A DNA stretch of 63,835 nt from Gammaproteobacteria bacterium (lineage in GTDB: Bacteria > Pseudomonadota > Gammaproteobacteria > JACCXJ01), in the NCBI GenBank assembly GCA_052387115.1, contig JBQTJM010000017.1, positions 1 through 63,835 of the forward strand, in the 5' to 3' direction. Positions 39,543-49,298 of this stretch are shown piece by piece. Position 1 is the first letter of the stretch, and every line of letters starts with the position of its first letter. The position numbers and the translations under genes are program-made. The notes below the pieces were generated by a model, which worked only from the letters and a program-made list of their open reading frames with translations, made no database searches and had not been told where the DNA came from.

Positions 39543-40094
39543 TCACTCGCGCCGGTCGGATAACGCTTCGATGCGTTTCGCGAGTCGCTGCACGAGCTTT
39601 TCGACGTTTGTCCGTACCGCGCCTTCGAGCGCCGCCCGCGCGCGGGTGAGTCCGTAAAGCCCCTCGCCGAGATCCGCGTCGTAGACCGTCAGGATGCGGT
39701 CCTCCCAGAGCTTCTTCTTCGACCAGCTCTCGATCAGGCGATAGCGGGCGTGCAGCACCGCGGTCATCTTGAGCCCCGGGATCAGCTCCTGGGTGATCAC
39801 CTCGGGGTACAGGAGGTAATCGGCGCTCTGGTCGATTACCGCCGCTTGAAACAGACCCGAGCGTTCGAGGGCGAGGTGGAGGGCCCGACGGAAGCCGGCA
39901 TCGCCGAGGCTCGGTGCGATGAAGAGATTGGTGTCCTCCCCCCCTTGGGCGCGGTCGATGGCGATGGTCTTTTCGCTGCTTGCGGGCAATGATTGCGGGG
40001 CCGCTGGAACCATGGCGGTGACCTCCGGGTCCCTGGCGCAGGCGGCCAAGTTGAGACAGGCCAGGATCAGTAGCCAGGCTGCGGGGCTCGACAT
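39543..40094 (-). CDS. Lipoprotein of unknown function.
   Basis: Lipobox LILACLNLAAC at the N-terminus. 183 aa. Confidence 0.7.
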   Translation of the reverse strand: MSSPAAWLLILACLNLAACARDPEVTAMVPAAPQSLPASSEKTIAIDRAQGGEDTNLFIAPSLGDAGFRRALHLALERSGLFQAAVIDQSADYLLYPEVITQELIPGLKMTAVLHARYRLIESWSKKKLWEDRILTVYDADLGEGLYGLTRARAALEGAVRTNVEKLVQRLAKRIEALSDRRE

Positions 40095-40107
40095 GCAGCG
40101 ACGCCCG

Positions 40108-41607
40108 CTAGGGCCGCGCGCCGTACGCGACCGGTGAGGGACCGGGGTTGGCGCCGTCGTATGCGAAGCGCAGGAGTGCGTCCTGGGCTACGGTTCCGGC
40201 CGCGGCATTGGGGTGGTTGATGATGCACACGACCACCGTCATGCGCCCGAATCGGTTCAGGACATAGCCGGCGATGGCCTTGACGCCCCGCAAGCTGCCG
40301 GTCTTGATGTGCGCCTTGCCCTTCAAGGGCGTATGGCGCAGGCGCTTGCGCATCGTGCCGTCCACCCCGACCAGCGGCAGCGAGGCGATGAACTCCGGCA
40401 TCATGGGGCTTGCGTAGGCGTACAGCAGCATGCGGCCGAGCGCGCTGGTCGCGATCTGCTCGATGCGCGACAAGCCCGAGCCGTTCTCCATCACCAGGCC
40501 CTCGGTATCGACGCCGCGTTTGTAGAACCACCCCTGGATGCCGTCGAAGGCCTTGGCCGGGGTCGCCGGCGGTCCCTTGATCTCGGCCCCTAAGGTCAGG
40601 AACAGCTGGCGCGCCATCACGTTGTTGCTGTCCTTGTTGATGTCCCGGACCACCTCGACCACGGTGGGCGATTCGGACAGCGCCAGGCGCTCGGCCCCAC
40701 GTGGCACCCGGCCTTCGCGAAGACCGCCCTGGAGCTGGCCTCCCAGCTCGCCCCATAGCTGCCGGAACACGCCGTAGACGTATTGGGCGTGGCTCAGGAG
40801 CGACGCCTCGTATACCGCCTTCCCGCAGGCCAGCGGATAGGCACCGCTGGCCGTGATGCGGGCGCTCGCGGCATCGCTGTGAAAACGCACCCCGAACTTG
40901 GAGTTGCGCATCCGGCAGGGTCCGCGGGTGGGGGTCAGCTGGTTCCGGATCTCTATCTGGGCGGGCCTGGGATCGGTCACCACCTGCACCAATCCCTTGC
41001 CCTTGGGCAGGACGTGTATCTGGATGGATTTGAAATTGAGCAGGAGCGCCGTGGGGATGGTGTTATAGAGGCGGAAAGGCGCGCCGTCGAAGCTGACCGG
41101 GAAGCGGTCCTCGACGGCGAAATAGCCGTGGTCCAGGACCAGATCGCCGCGGATCTCCCGGATCCCCCGTTGTCTCAGACCCCGTAACAGCAGCCAGAAG
41201 CGTTCCAGGCTCAGCTTGGGATCGCCATAGCCCTTGATGATGAGATCCCCCTGCAACACGTCCCCGCGCTGGACCCCGGTGCGGTAGACCTCGGTCTTCC
41301 AGGTGTAGGTCGGACCGAGGGCCTCGAGACCGGCGAACGTGGTCACGAGCTTCATGGCGGAGGCGGGGTTCATGGGCCGGTCGGCCTGCCAGGCGATCAA
41401 CGGTTCGCTCTTCCCCGTCTCCTGCACCAGGACCCCGACATGGGTCGGGGGGATGCGCGCCCGCTTGAGCGCCTGAAGGACCGGAGCCGGCAGGTTGGCG
41501 CCGGGATGGGCGTAAGCGGGCAGGGCGATCCCGCAGAAGAGCGTGGCCAGCAGCAGGACGACCCTGGGTGACAGGGGCCGCGCAGGGCGGAAGGACGATG
41601 GGCGCAT
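40108..41607 (-). CDS. dacB: D-alanyl-D-alanine carboxypeptidase/endopeptidase (PBP4).
   Basis: SxxK motif PASAMKLVTT, the SNN-type motif KDSNNVMARQL, and KTGSL (KTG). Start re-called to the ATG at 41607 (MRPSSFRP... followed by a signal peptide). Confidence 0.88.
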   Translation of the reverse strand: MRPSSFRPARPLSPRVVLLLATLFCGIALPAYAHPGANLPAPVLQALKRARIPPTHVGVLVQETGKSEPLIAWQADRPMNPASAMKLVTTFAGLEALGPTYTWKTEVYRTGVQRGDVLQGDLIIKGYGDPKLSLERFWLLLRGLRQRGIREIRGDLVLDHGYFAVEDRFPVSFDGAPFRLYNTIPTALLLNFKSIQIHVLPKGKGLVQVVTDPRPAQIEIRNQLTPTRGPCRMRNSKFGVRFHSDAASARITASGAYPLACGKAVYEASLLSHAQYVYGVFRQLWGELGGQLQGGLREGRVPRGAERLALSESPTVVEVVRDINKDSNNVMARQLFLTLGAEIKGPPATPAKAFDGIQGWFYKRGVDTEGLVMENGSGLSRIEQIATSALGRMLLYAYASPMMPEFIASLPLVGVDGTMRKRLRHTPLKGKAHIKTGSLRGVKAIAGYVLNRFGRMTVVVCIINHPNAAAGTVAQDALLRFAYDGANPGPSPVAYGARP

Positions 41608-41827
41608 GGATCGCTCCGAGCCCGGCAGGGTAGGCCGTGGCCGCGCGCCATCATAGCCGGGGTCGATGCCGAGGGGAACCGCCCTGCGCGCCATTCCCAT
41701 CCGAGGTGGATGGGATCGAATGGTGAGCGGGATCGAGCCTTCCGGACGCCGCTAGTTAGCCCCCGGCGGTTGTTTTTGGCCCTGGGCGGGGGTCGCCATC
41801 GGGTTGAGCCGCCGCGGCCTCTGGTGT

Positions 41828-42646
41828 TCAGGCCGGGGACGGGTGCCAGCCGGCGTCGGCCCATAGCTCCCCGCTGACCGCCGAGTTCTGCACCATGAAG
41901 CAGATGGCGTCAGCGATCTCCTCGGGCCGTATGAGGCGGCCGAGCTGGGTCTCAGGGAGGATGTACTTCTGGATATAGTCTTCGCCGAGTGCCCGCACCA
42001 TGGGCGTATCGGTGAACCCCGGGTGGATCACCCCGCAGCGCACACCGTGGAAGATGGCCTCTTTCATGAGAGTGGCCGCGGCGCCTTCCAGACCCGCCTT
42101 GGAACAGGCATAGGCGATCTGCCCCTTGTTGCCCTGGGACGAGATCGAGCCGATGAAGATGATCACGCCCTGCATGCCCTCGTTGGGATTCCAGCGCTTA
42201 AGCCCGACCCGGTGCCGCGATTCCGCATGCCGTGCCACCATCTCGAGTGACCAGTACACGGGGGCGATTAGATCGACCTCGGTCACCAGGCGGAAGGTGT
42301 CGAGGGGATAGATTTCGGCGCGGCCCGTTTCCTTGTTGATCCGCACCGCCAGCGCGTCGCGGGTGATCCCGGCCGCCGGTACGCAGATGTTGACGAGGCC
42401 GACGGTCTCCGCGATCTGGTCATAGACCCGGCGCCGGAAGTCTTCGTCGATGGCGTTCCCGAGGAACGCATAGGCGACTTTCCGGCCCGCCTCCTGGTCG
42501 AGCTGCGCGGCGATCTCGGCGACTCGATCGCTCTGATCGACCAGCGCCACCGCCTTAACGCCGCGCCTCGCCAGATCGCGCGCCACGGCGCTGCCGATGC
42601 CGCTGGCACCGCCCGTCACGAGCGCTACTTTGCCTTGTATATCCAT
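41828..42646 (-). CDS. Short-chain dehydrogenase/reductase.
   Basis: KVALVTGGASGIGSAVA (TGxxxGxG) and YACSKAGLEG (YxxxK). Start re-called to the ATG at 42646. Confidence 0.88.
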   Translation of the reverse strand: MDIQGKVALVTGGASGIGSAVARDLARRGVKAVALVDQSDRVAEIAAQLDQEAGRKVAYAFLGNAIDEDFRRRVYDQIAETVGLVNICVPAAGITRDALAVRINKETGRAEIYPLDTFRLVTEVDLIAPVYWSLEMVARHAESRHRVGLKRWNPNEGMQGVIIFIGSISSQGNKGQIAYACSKAGLEGAAATLMKEAIFHGVRCGVIHPGFTDTPMVRALGEDYIQKYILPETQLGRLIRPEEIADAICFMVQNSAVSGELWADAGWHPSPA

Positions 42647-42788
42647 GAGTCTCTCCGCAATGAGGTTGTCGTCCGCCGCGCTCGGGCAAGCATGCCCGTC
42701 GGGCACGGCTCTGTGCATCGCAGCAAACATTGTACCCCGCGCTTGATGCACCGCAATACGGGCGCGGCCCGAGTACGCCGCCGTTCGA

Positions 42789-43664
42789 TTACACCGGCCG
42801 GTGTGGCTCTGCGGGACGGTGGGGATCGGCCTCTTGTGTCGCCCGTGCGGGGAGCATGGCCGGGCCGGACGCGAGTCCTCGCAGCCACTCGACGAAACGC
42901 ATCGAATGAGGGGCGAAGAACAGGGCCAGCATGTCCAGGAAACAATAACCGGCGGCGATCCCGCTCGGGGGATTGGCCTGCGGCAGGCCGCCCCAGGACG
43001 GCCAGTGCAGGGCCCACGCCCAGGTGCCCCAGTAGGTGCCGACCAACTCCAGATAGCTGGTCACGAAGAAGGCGCCGACATACACGAGCGGCGAGCGACC
43101 CAGCAGCACGAACGCGCAGAAGACGCAGAAGAGCGCCGCACCGCCGGTGTCCAAGCGCTCGGCGAAGATCACACCCCACAGCGACCAACCCGTGCCGATG
43201 AGGAGCGCGACTCGGGTGATGGAGGCGCCATAGCGTTGGAACAGCAGCGAGCGCGCCAGCACCACCGCCGTGAGGTAGACCATGCCATGCCCCGGCGGGA
43301 CATAGGCCGGGACGTTGTCGAAGCGGTAGGTGTAGATGTGGTAGGTCGGCGCGAAGGTGTATTCGCAGATCGTGGCCGCCAGCATCGCGATGGCGACCTG
43401 AACCCGGACGGGGGTGGGCTCGCGCGCTAAGAGCGCCACGAGAAAGCCCCAGGCGCAGGCGCCGAGGAAGTACTGGCCGAGGAGAATTGATTTATTTTCC
43501 AGGTGACCCAAGGGGCTCGCATCGCCATCGAGATACAGGCCGAGGCTGATGCAGAAGACGACGGTCCCGGCGCTGGCGAGGTCATGCCGACTCCGCCGCA
43601 GGATGTACATCAGCTCGTCCGGCCGATGCGACCCCACCGCGATCTCGCAACACCCGCGGTCCAT
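42789..43664 (-). CDS. Polytopic membrane protein of unknown function.
   Basis: Multiple hydrophobic helices (FLGACAWGFLVALLA, VQVAIAMLAATICEY, VALLIGTGWSLWGVIFA...). Start uncertain: 43664 or 43610. Confidence 0.6.
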   Translation of the reverse strand: MDRGCCEIAVGSHRPDELMYILRRSRHDLASAGTVVFCISLGLYLDGDASPLGHLENKSILLGQYFLGACAWGFLVALLAREPTPVRVQVAIAMLAATICEYTFAPTYHIYTYRFDNVPAYVPPGHGMVYLTAVVLARSLLFQRYGASITRVALLIGTGWSLWGVIFAERLDTGGAALFCVFCAFVLLGRSPLVYVGAFFVTSYLELVGTYWGTWAWALHWPSWGGLPQANPPSGIAAGYCFLDMLALFFAPHSMRFVEWLRGLASGPAMLPARATQEADPHRPAEPHRPV

Positions 43665-43742
43665 TAGCCCGGGTGTTCGCCCAGAAACGCCGCCGTCCGC
43701 CGCCAGGCCAGCGACGTCGCCTCCGGATCGAAATTCTGGCGG

Positions 43743-46223
43743 GTGTGGATGGTGGCTCCCATATTGCAGGTCTGGTGTTTCTATCGGTATCGAGCAGGGT
43801 ACTCAATTACGGGGCTTTCCGGCAATGCTGCGGGGCTTTTCCGCCGGCCGCCGTGTAGCCGCTACCCCTTCGATTCGCTAGAATCACAAGGCACGGCCGA
43901 GGTTCTCGGGGAGGGAGCCGCCATCGTCACAGAGACGAAAACCGTAGAGTTCCGCAGTTCCTACACGCGCAAGCGCACCAGCGTGAGCGTGTCTTCGGGG
44001 CGTCTGTACCTGCTCGGTTGCGATACGGGTGACGGCATCGATCTCGAGGGTTCGGATGTGCTGGCCCGCCATGCCCGGTTGTGTACCCACGAGACCGGCG
44101 TCGTAATCGAACCGGTCGGTGAGGCCCCCGTGTCCCTGAACGGCCAACCCATCACCATCCCCACCCGCCTGCGGGACGGGGACTGGCTGGCGCTCGGCGA
44201 GACGCTGTTCCAGGTGCATCTGCCGGATAGCGAGTTCACACGACCACCCACCGCCCGGCCGCGCCCGCCCGGCCCGGGCAAGACCCAGGCACCCGGCGAC
44301 ATCGTCACCATCGGCCGCGACCCGCATTGCGACCACACCATCGATTCGCCACTCGTCTCGCGCGAGCACGCCAGGCTCATCGGCGAGGGCGGTGCGATCT
44401 ATGTCGAGGACTTGAAGAGCACCAACGGCACCTTCGTCAACGGGCAACGTCTGACCGGCCGGGCGCAGGTGCGGCCCGGGGATCGGGTGGCCATCGCGAC
44501 CTTCGCCTTCGTCTTCACCGGCGAAGCGCTCGAGCCCATCGACGAGACGGGAAGGGTGCATGTCGAGGTGCGGGGCCTCTACAAGGCGGTCCCGGACCGC
44601 GCGAGCGGGGGGGTGAAGCACCTGCTCGATCAGGTGAGCCTGGTGTTCGAGCCGGGCGAGTTCGCGGTCATTTTCGGCACCAGCGGCTCGGGGAAATCGA
44701 CCCTGCTCGATGCCCTCAATGGGCGTCGTCCCGCCACCGGCGGTCAGGTCCTGTACAACGGTACCGATCTTTATGCGTCTTTTGATCTCTTCCGTGCCGC
44801 CATCGGCTACGTGCCCCAGCAGGACATCGTGCATCGCAAGATCCGGGTCTCGCGCGCCCTCTACTACACCGCCCGCCTGCGCCTGCCACCCGACACCACC
44901 GATGAGGAGATCGAGGCCCATATCCACCGGGTGCTCGATAAAGTGGGCCTGGCCGAGAAGGCCGATCTGCCCATCGACACGCCGGCTCCCCTGAGCGGCG
45001 GCCAGCTCAAACGCGTGAGCCTGGCCGTGGAGCTGGTCGCCAACCCCAACATCCTGTTCCTCGACGAGGTCACGAGCGGGCTCGATGCCGGGACGGACAA
45101 GCGCATGATGCGGCTCTTCGCCGATCTCGCCGGCGATCAGAAGACCGTCATCTGCGTGACCCACACCCTGGAGAACATCGATGTCTGCAACCTCGTCGTC
45201 CTGCTGCATCGCGGCCGACTGGTCTATTTCGGCCCCCCCGGCGAGGCACCCGGTTACTTCGGCGTCGCGCGACTCGCCGAGGTCTACGAGCTACTGGAGT
45301 CCGAGCCCGCCGAACACTGGGCGGAGAAATTCCTTGCCTCCCCCCAGCATGAAACCTATGTCGCGGCGCGCCTGTCTTCCGACAGCGGTGTGCGAGGGGA
45401 GGCGACTCCCGCGCACGCCCCCGCCCCGCCGCGGCGGCGCTGGTTCGACTGGTCGCAGACGGCGATCCTGATGCGCCGCTATGTGGATCTGATCCTGGCG
45501 GACAAACGCAACCTCGCGATCCTCTTGCTGCAAGCCCCCCTGATCGCCGCCGTCATGGGCATGGTCTTCGACACCAGCGGCCCGCTTCTTGCCCGCGCCC
45601 GAGCGGAGAGTCAGGTCGCATTCATGTTGGTCCTGTCCGCGATCTGGTTCGGTTGCCTGAATTCTGCGCGTGAGGTCGTGAAGGAACTTCCGGTGTACTT
45701 GAGAGAGCGCTCGGTAAGCCTCGGTATCGGCCCGTATCTCACGAGCAAGCTCCTGCCGCTCGCGCTGCTGGCGGCCTTCCAGTGCGTGGTCCTGCTCGCA
45801 GTGGTCTCTGCAATGGTGTCTCTGCCGGGGAGCTTTCTCGACCGTGCCATCGCCCTGTTCCTCGCCGCGATGGGAGCGACGGCCATGGGGCTGGCCGTGA
45901 GCGCCTTCGTGGACACCAACGACAAGGCCGTGGCCATCGTCCCCATCCTGCTCATCCCCCAGGTCATCCTCTCGGACGCGGTGGTGCACCTGGGCGACGC
46001 GGGCCGGGCCTTCGCCAAGGCGACCATGGTCTCGTTCTGGTCCTTGGATGCGATGAAAGCCACATTGAGCCGGGAGGTCCTGGACGCCAAGGACCCCATG
46101 GGCGAGTTGCTGGTGCCGCGATCCGGAGAATACTTATTCGACCTCGGGATGGTGGCGGTGCTGGGTTTGGCGTTCTTGTTCGTCGCCTGGCTCGGGCTGA
46201 GACTCAAGGACCGGCGAGGTTGA
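43743..46223 (+). CDS. FHA-FHA-ABC transporter: ATPase plus ABC-2 type membrane domain in one polypeptide.
   Basis: A degenerate FHA-1 (LLGCDTGDGIDLEGSDVLARHARL...VSLNGQPI). A canonical FHA-2 (VTIGRDPHCDHTIDSPLVSREHARL...DLKSTNGTFVNGQRL). Walker A GTSGSGKST, signature LSGGQLKRVS, Walker B ILFLDEVTSGLD, then 5-6 TM helices. The true start is probably near 43900-43990: a TAGAAT -10-like box at about 43877 and GGAGGGAG at about 43910 precede the first FHA, and the first ~55 ORF-track codons do not look coding. Confidence 0.85.
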   Translation: MWMVAPILQVWCFYRYRAGYSITGLSGNAAGLFRRPPCSRYPFDSLESQGTAEVLGEGAAIVTETKTVEFRSSYTRKRTSVSVSSGRLYLLGCDTGDGIDLEGSDVLARHARLCTHETGVVIEPVGEAPVSLNGQPITIPTRLRDGDWLALGETLFQVHLPDSEFTRPPTARPRPPGPGKTQAPGDIVTIGRDPHCDHTIDSPLVSREHARLIGEGGAIYVEDLKSTNGTFVNGQRLTGRAQVRPGDRVAIATFAFVFTGEALEPIDETGRVHVEVRGLYKAVPDRASGGVKHLLDQVSLVFEPGEFAVIFGTSGSGKSTLLDALNGRRPATGGQVLYNGTDLYASFDLFRAAIGYVPQQDIVHRKIRVSRALYYTARLRLPPDTTDEEIEAHIHRVLDKVGLAEKADLPIDTPAPLSGGQLKRVSLAVELVANPNILFLDEVTSGLDAGTDKRMMRLFADLAGDQKTVICVTHTLENIDVCNLVVLLHRGRLVYFGPPGEAPGYFGVARLAEVYELLESEPAEHWAEKFLASPQHETYVAARLSSDSGVRGEATPAHAPAPPRRRWFDWSQTAILMRRYVDLILADKRNLAILLLQAPLIAAVMGMVFDTSGPLLARARAESQVAFMLVLSAIWFGCLNSAREVVKELPVYLRERSVSLGIGPYLTSKLLPLALLAAFQCVVLLAVVSAMVSLPGSFLDRAIALFLAAMGATAMGLAVSAFVDTNDKAVAIVPILLIPQVILSDAVVHLGDAGRAFAKATMVSFWSLDAMKATLSREVLDAKDPMGELLVPRSGEYLFDLGMVAVLGLAFLFVAWLGLRLKDRRG

Positions 46224-46231
46224 GTGCAAAG

Positions 46232-47968
46232 ATGAGCGCTGTCGAACCAACCTCCGCGCGTGCCTGCCCGAAGTGCGAGGCCGTCAATGCGGAGCACGAT
46301 GTCATCCACGCGGAATACCGGTGCGCGAGCTGCGGCTTCGAGCTTGCGCACCTCGACATCGCCGTCAACGGCGCGATCCGGGGGGTGTTCGGTTGGCTGC
46401 GGGCCGCCGGCGATACCATCCAGGACCGCTACCAGGTCCGATCGGTCCTCGGTAAGGGCGGCTTCGGCGCCACCTACCTCGTGGACGATCTGCGTTTGAA
46501 CGGAAAACGGCGGGCGCTCAAGGAGGTGCCGGAGATCCTCTTCGACGAGTACGAAACCGCGCTCCTGAGTCGTCTGCAGCACCCCTCGATCCCGGACATC
46601 ATCGATCGCTTCGCGGCCGGCGGCATGGTGTATCTGACCCTGGAATTCGGCGGCAGCCGCACGCTCGCGAGCGAGCGTAACCGCCAGGGCGGGCGCATCC
46701 CGTTCGCGACGCTCCTGCCGTGGATGCGCCAGCTCTGCATGGTCTTGACCTACCTGCACACCCAGAGCCCGCCCATCATCCACCGCGACTTGAAGCCCGA
46801 GAACATCCTGCTGGATGAGGATGGTCGCATCATGCTTATCGATTTCGGGATCGCCAAGGAGGCGACGCCCTCCAGCATGACGCGAACCCTGGGCCGCGCC
46901 GCGACGCATGGATTCAGCCCGCCGGAGCAGGTCATGGGCACCGGCACCGACCAGCGCTCCGACGTCTATGCCCTGGGTGCGACGTGCTATGCGCTGCTGA
47001 CCGGCGAGAGCCCGCCGGCCGCGCACGAACGCGTCGCCGGCAAAGAACTGAGACCGCCGGGGGAGTCGAGCCCCGAGATCCCGGAGGGGTTCGGCGCGGC
47101 CTTGCTCCAAGCGCTCAGCCTCAACGTCAACCACCGGCAGCAGTCCGTGGCGGAATTCAGTCGGATGATCGAGGGCTCGGAGTCGACCGCTGCCCCGCCG
47201 CGAACCCCTTCCGCTTCGGCGCGGACGACGATGGTCGGCAAGGTCCCGAGTCGCCCTACGGCCAAGCCCAAGAGCATCCGCATCCCGACCGCCGGTACCA
47301 CGGGCCCACAGTCACCGCCTACCGCCGTGCCGTCGCCGGGTGCCGCGCCGAGTCGCATGCGAATGGCCATCGGGATAGGGGCCGCGGCGATCATCGCCAT
47401 CGCCGGTGGAGGCTATTACTTCTGGAGCGGGTCCGAGCCCGAGCCCTCCGAGACGCCGCCACCGGCGCAGACCGCCATCGCTTCACCCGCACCGGCGCCG
47501 AGTAGTCCGCCCGATGCCATCCCCTCCGTCCCTGTTCCTGCACCGGCGCCGCGAGCTTCCGGGGTCGAAGCGGTGCAGCCTCAGGTAGCAGCGCCGCCGC
47601 TCGCCGGACAGGCACCGGTCGGGGGCGAATCTGCTCAATCGATCCTAAACAACTACAGCGGCGGTTCACCGGAGGCCTCGCCTACCGCCGCCGTCACACC
47701 GGCCGCGGCCGTGCAAGCGCCTGTGCGCCCAAGCCCGCCACCTGTGCCCACACCCAGCGCAAGCGGCCCGTCGGCCGGGGGGATCCTGGACGATAACCGT
47801 GGGGGGGTCACGCGAGAGCCTCAAAAAGCACCGCGTAGCATCGCCGGCGCCGGTGCCACCAGGACGCCGTCGAGGCCGCCGAAGCCCCGATCGAGCCGGC
47901 CCGCCCCGCAACCGAAGGATGAGCCGAAGTGGGAAGCGGGGGGTTACAGATCCTATCAGAGCCGCTAA
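46232..47968 (+). CDS. Membrane Ser/Thr protein kinase with an N-terminal zinc ribbon and a proline-rich extracytoplasmic tail (kinase 1).
   Basis: Zinc ribbon CPKC...17 residues...CASC. Kinase: GKGGFGATY, RALKEV, HRDLKPENILL, DFGIAKE, GFSPPEQ. TM: MAIGIGAAAIIAIAGGGYYFW. It starts 8 nt after the ABC gene stop. Confidence 0.88.
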   Translation: MSAVEPTSARACPKCEAVNAEHDVIHAEYRCASCGFELAHLDIAVNGAIRGVFGWLRAAGDTIQDRYQVRSVLGKGGFGATYLVDDLRLNGKRRALKEVPEILFDEYETALLSRLQHPSIPDIIDRFAAGGMVYLTLEFGGSRTLASERNRQGGRIPFATLLPWMRQLCMVLTYLHTQSPPIIHRDLKPENILLDEDGRIMLIDFGIAKEATPSSMTRTLGRAATHGFSPPEQVMGTGTDQRSDVYALGATCYALLTGESPPAAHERVAGKELRPPGESSPEIPEGFGAALLQALSLNVNHRQQSVAEFSRMIEGSESTAAPPRTPSASARTTMVGKVPSRPTAKPKSIRIPTAGTTGPQSPPTAVPSPGAAPSRMRMAIGIGAAAIIAIAGGGYYFWSGSEPEPSETPPPAQTAIASPAPAPSSPPDAIPSVPVPAPAPRASGVEAVQPQVAAPPLAGQAPVGGESAQSILNNYSGGSPEASPTAAVTPAAAVQAPVRPSPPPVPTPSASGPSAGGILDDNRGGVTREPQKAPRSIAGAGATRTPSRPPKPRSSRPAPQPKDEPKWEAGGYRSYQSR

Positions 47969-48025
47969 TCACCAAGTCGCGGCTTTCGCTTTAAGACCAA
48001 CGAAACCCGAGAAAAGGAGCAACCA

Positions 48026-49252
48026 ATGGTTACTAAGAGAGTTAGCTTCCGGGCTATCCCGCCCGTTACCAGAGCAGATCGCTGCGCTTTCCACTTCGGC
48101 ACGTTGCTACTAGCTTTCGGTGCGTGCTTTGGCTCAGCGGCGCTAGCGGGAGGCGGCGTGGGCTACGCCGTACCCGGCGGATACGGTCTCAAGATCTACC
48201 GGGCCAGCTCGGAGCTGTACCCGTTCGTCCAGGTGTACTTTCGGACCTTCAACGAGCGCATGCAACCGCTCGTAAATCTAAACTTTATGAACGTCGGTGT
48301 CATGGTCAAGGGCAAGTCCTACGACCCCCGCAAGCAACAGTACGCGATCCAGTCGATACGCCAGCGGCAGGAGGCTACCCGCACCGTCTTCGTCCTCGAT
48401 GCCAGCAAGTCGATGCAGGGTGCGCCCTTCAGTGCTGCGGTCCGCGCCGCCGGGCGCTACTTCGATGCCAAGCGCCCGCAGGATGAGGTGGCCATCCTCG
48501 CCATCCGGGATACCAAGGACGGCTATGAGCTCGTGTCGCAGTTCGAACGTGACCCCGTTGCGCTTGCCCACCGGCTGCTGGACGTCAAGGCCGACGGGAT
48601 GAAGACGCGCCTTTACGACAGCATCGGCGCGGCCATGCAGATGTGCGGCATGACGGCTCAGGGCACGGCGGTCGCGCCTGGGGCTTCCAACATCGTCGTA
48701 TCCTGTTCCATCTTGGTCTTCTCCGATGGTTTCGACGAGGGCAGCGCCATCTCGCGTGAAGAATTGAATGCCCGCATCACCAGCCTGTCCATCCCCGTCC
48801 CGGTGTACTCGCTGGCCTATTCGAAGACCTATAAGGATTACTTCAAGAACCTCGAGGCGATCTCCAAGAATTCCTTCGGGGTCTACTATCTGCTCGGTGA
48901 TACCGTGGACCGCATGCAGCAGATCGTCGAGGAGGTCTTGAACATCATCCTGAGCGATTATGTGGTCACGTTCCGCTCGTATCTCCCGGTGGACGGCGAG
49001 GAGCATGGCTTCAAGCTCGGCGTGGAATACCCCTCGGGCAGTGGCAAGTACACCTATGAGAGCTCGCGTTTCGAGGCCATCGAGGTACCGCCGGCCGAGT
49101 CCCTGGCCGCGATCTCGGCACAGCTCAATCAGGCGATACCGGCCGCTCCCACCGGTCCTTATTTCGACAAGCCGGGAGAACCGGGCGATGCCGCCCCTAC
49201 CGGCTTTCCTCAAGCCCCGGTCCCAGACTCGGCGCCGCCTAAAGTCAACTGA
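48026..49252 (+). CDS. Secreted von Willebrand factor A (vWA) domain protein.
   Basis: RBS aaggag upstream. Signal peptide LLLAFGACFGSAALA. MIDAS motif VFVLDASKSM (DxSxS), then KTRLYD and VFSDGFDEGS. Confidence 0.85.
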   Translation: MVTKRVSFRAIPPVTRADRCAFHFGTLLLAFGACFGSAALAGGGVGYAVPGGYGLKIYRASSELYPFVQVYFRTFNERMQPLVNLNFMNVGVMVKGKSYDPRKQQYAIQSIRQRQEATRTVFVLDASKSMQGAPFSAAVRAAGRYFDAKRPQDEVAILAIRDTKDGYELVSQFERDPVALAHRLLDVKADGMKTRLYDSIGAAMQMCGMTAQGTAVAPGASNIVVSCSILVFSDGFDEGSAISREELNARITSLSIPVPVYSLAYSKTYKDYFKNLEAISKNSFGVYYLLGDTVDRMQQIVEEVLNIILSDYVVTFRSYLPVDGEEHGFKLGVEYPSGSGKYTYESSRFEAIEVPPAESLAAISAQLNQAIPAAPTGPYFDKPGEPGDAAPTGFPQAPVPDSAPPKVN

Positions 49253-49298
49253 TACCGGTCACGATAGGGTGCACACCCAAACTGTATTGGAGGTTGAT

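Noticed and set aside
43743-43900. The first ~55 codons of the ORF-track model of the FHA-ABC gene (MWMVAPILQVWCFYRYRAGYSITG...).
   Set aside because: The composition and sequence look non-coding, and a TAGAAT box and a GGAGGGAG site lie inside it. The real start is probably just before the first FHA domain, but no canonical ATG or GTG sits at ideal spacing, so I kept the ORF coordinates and flagged the uncertainty.
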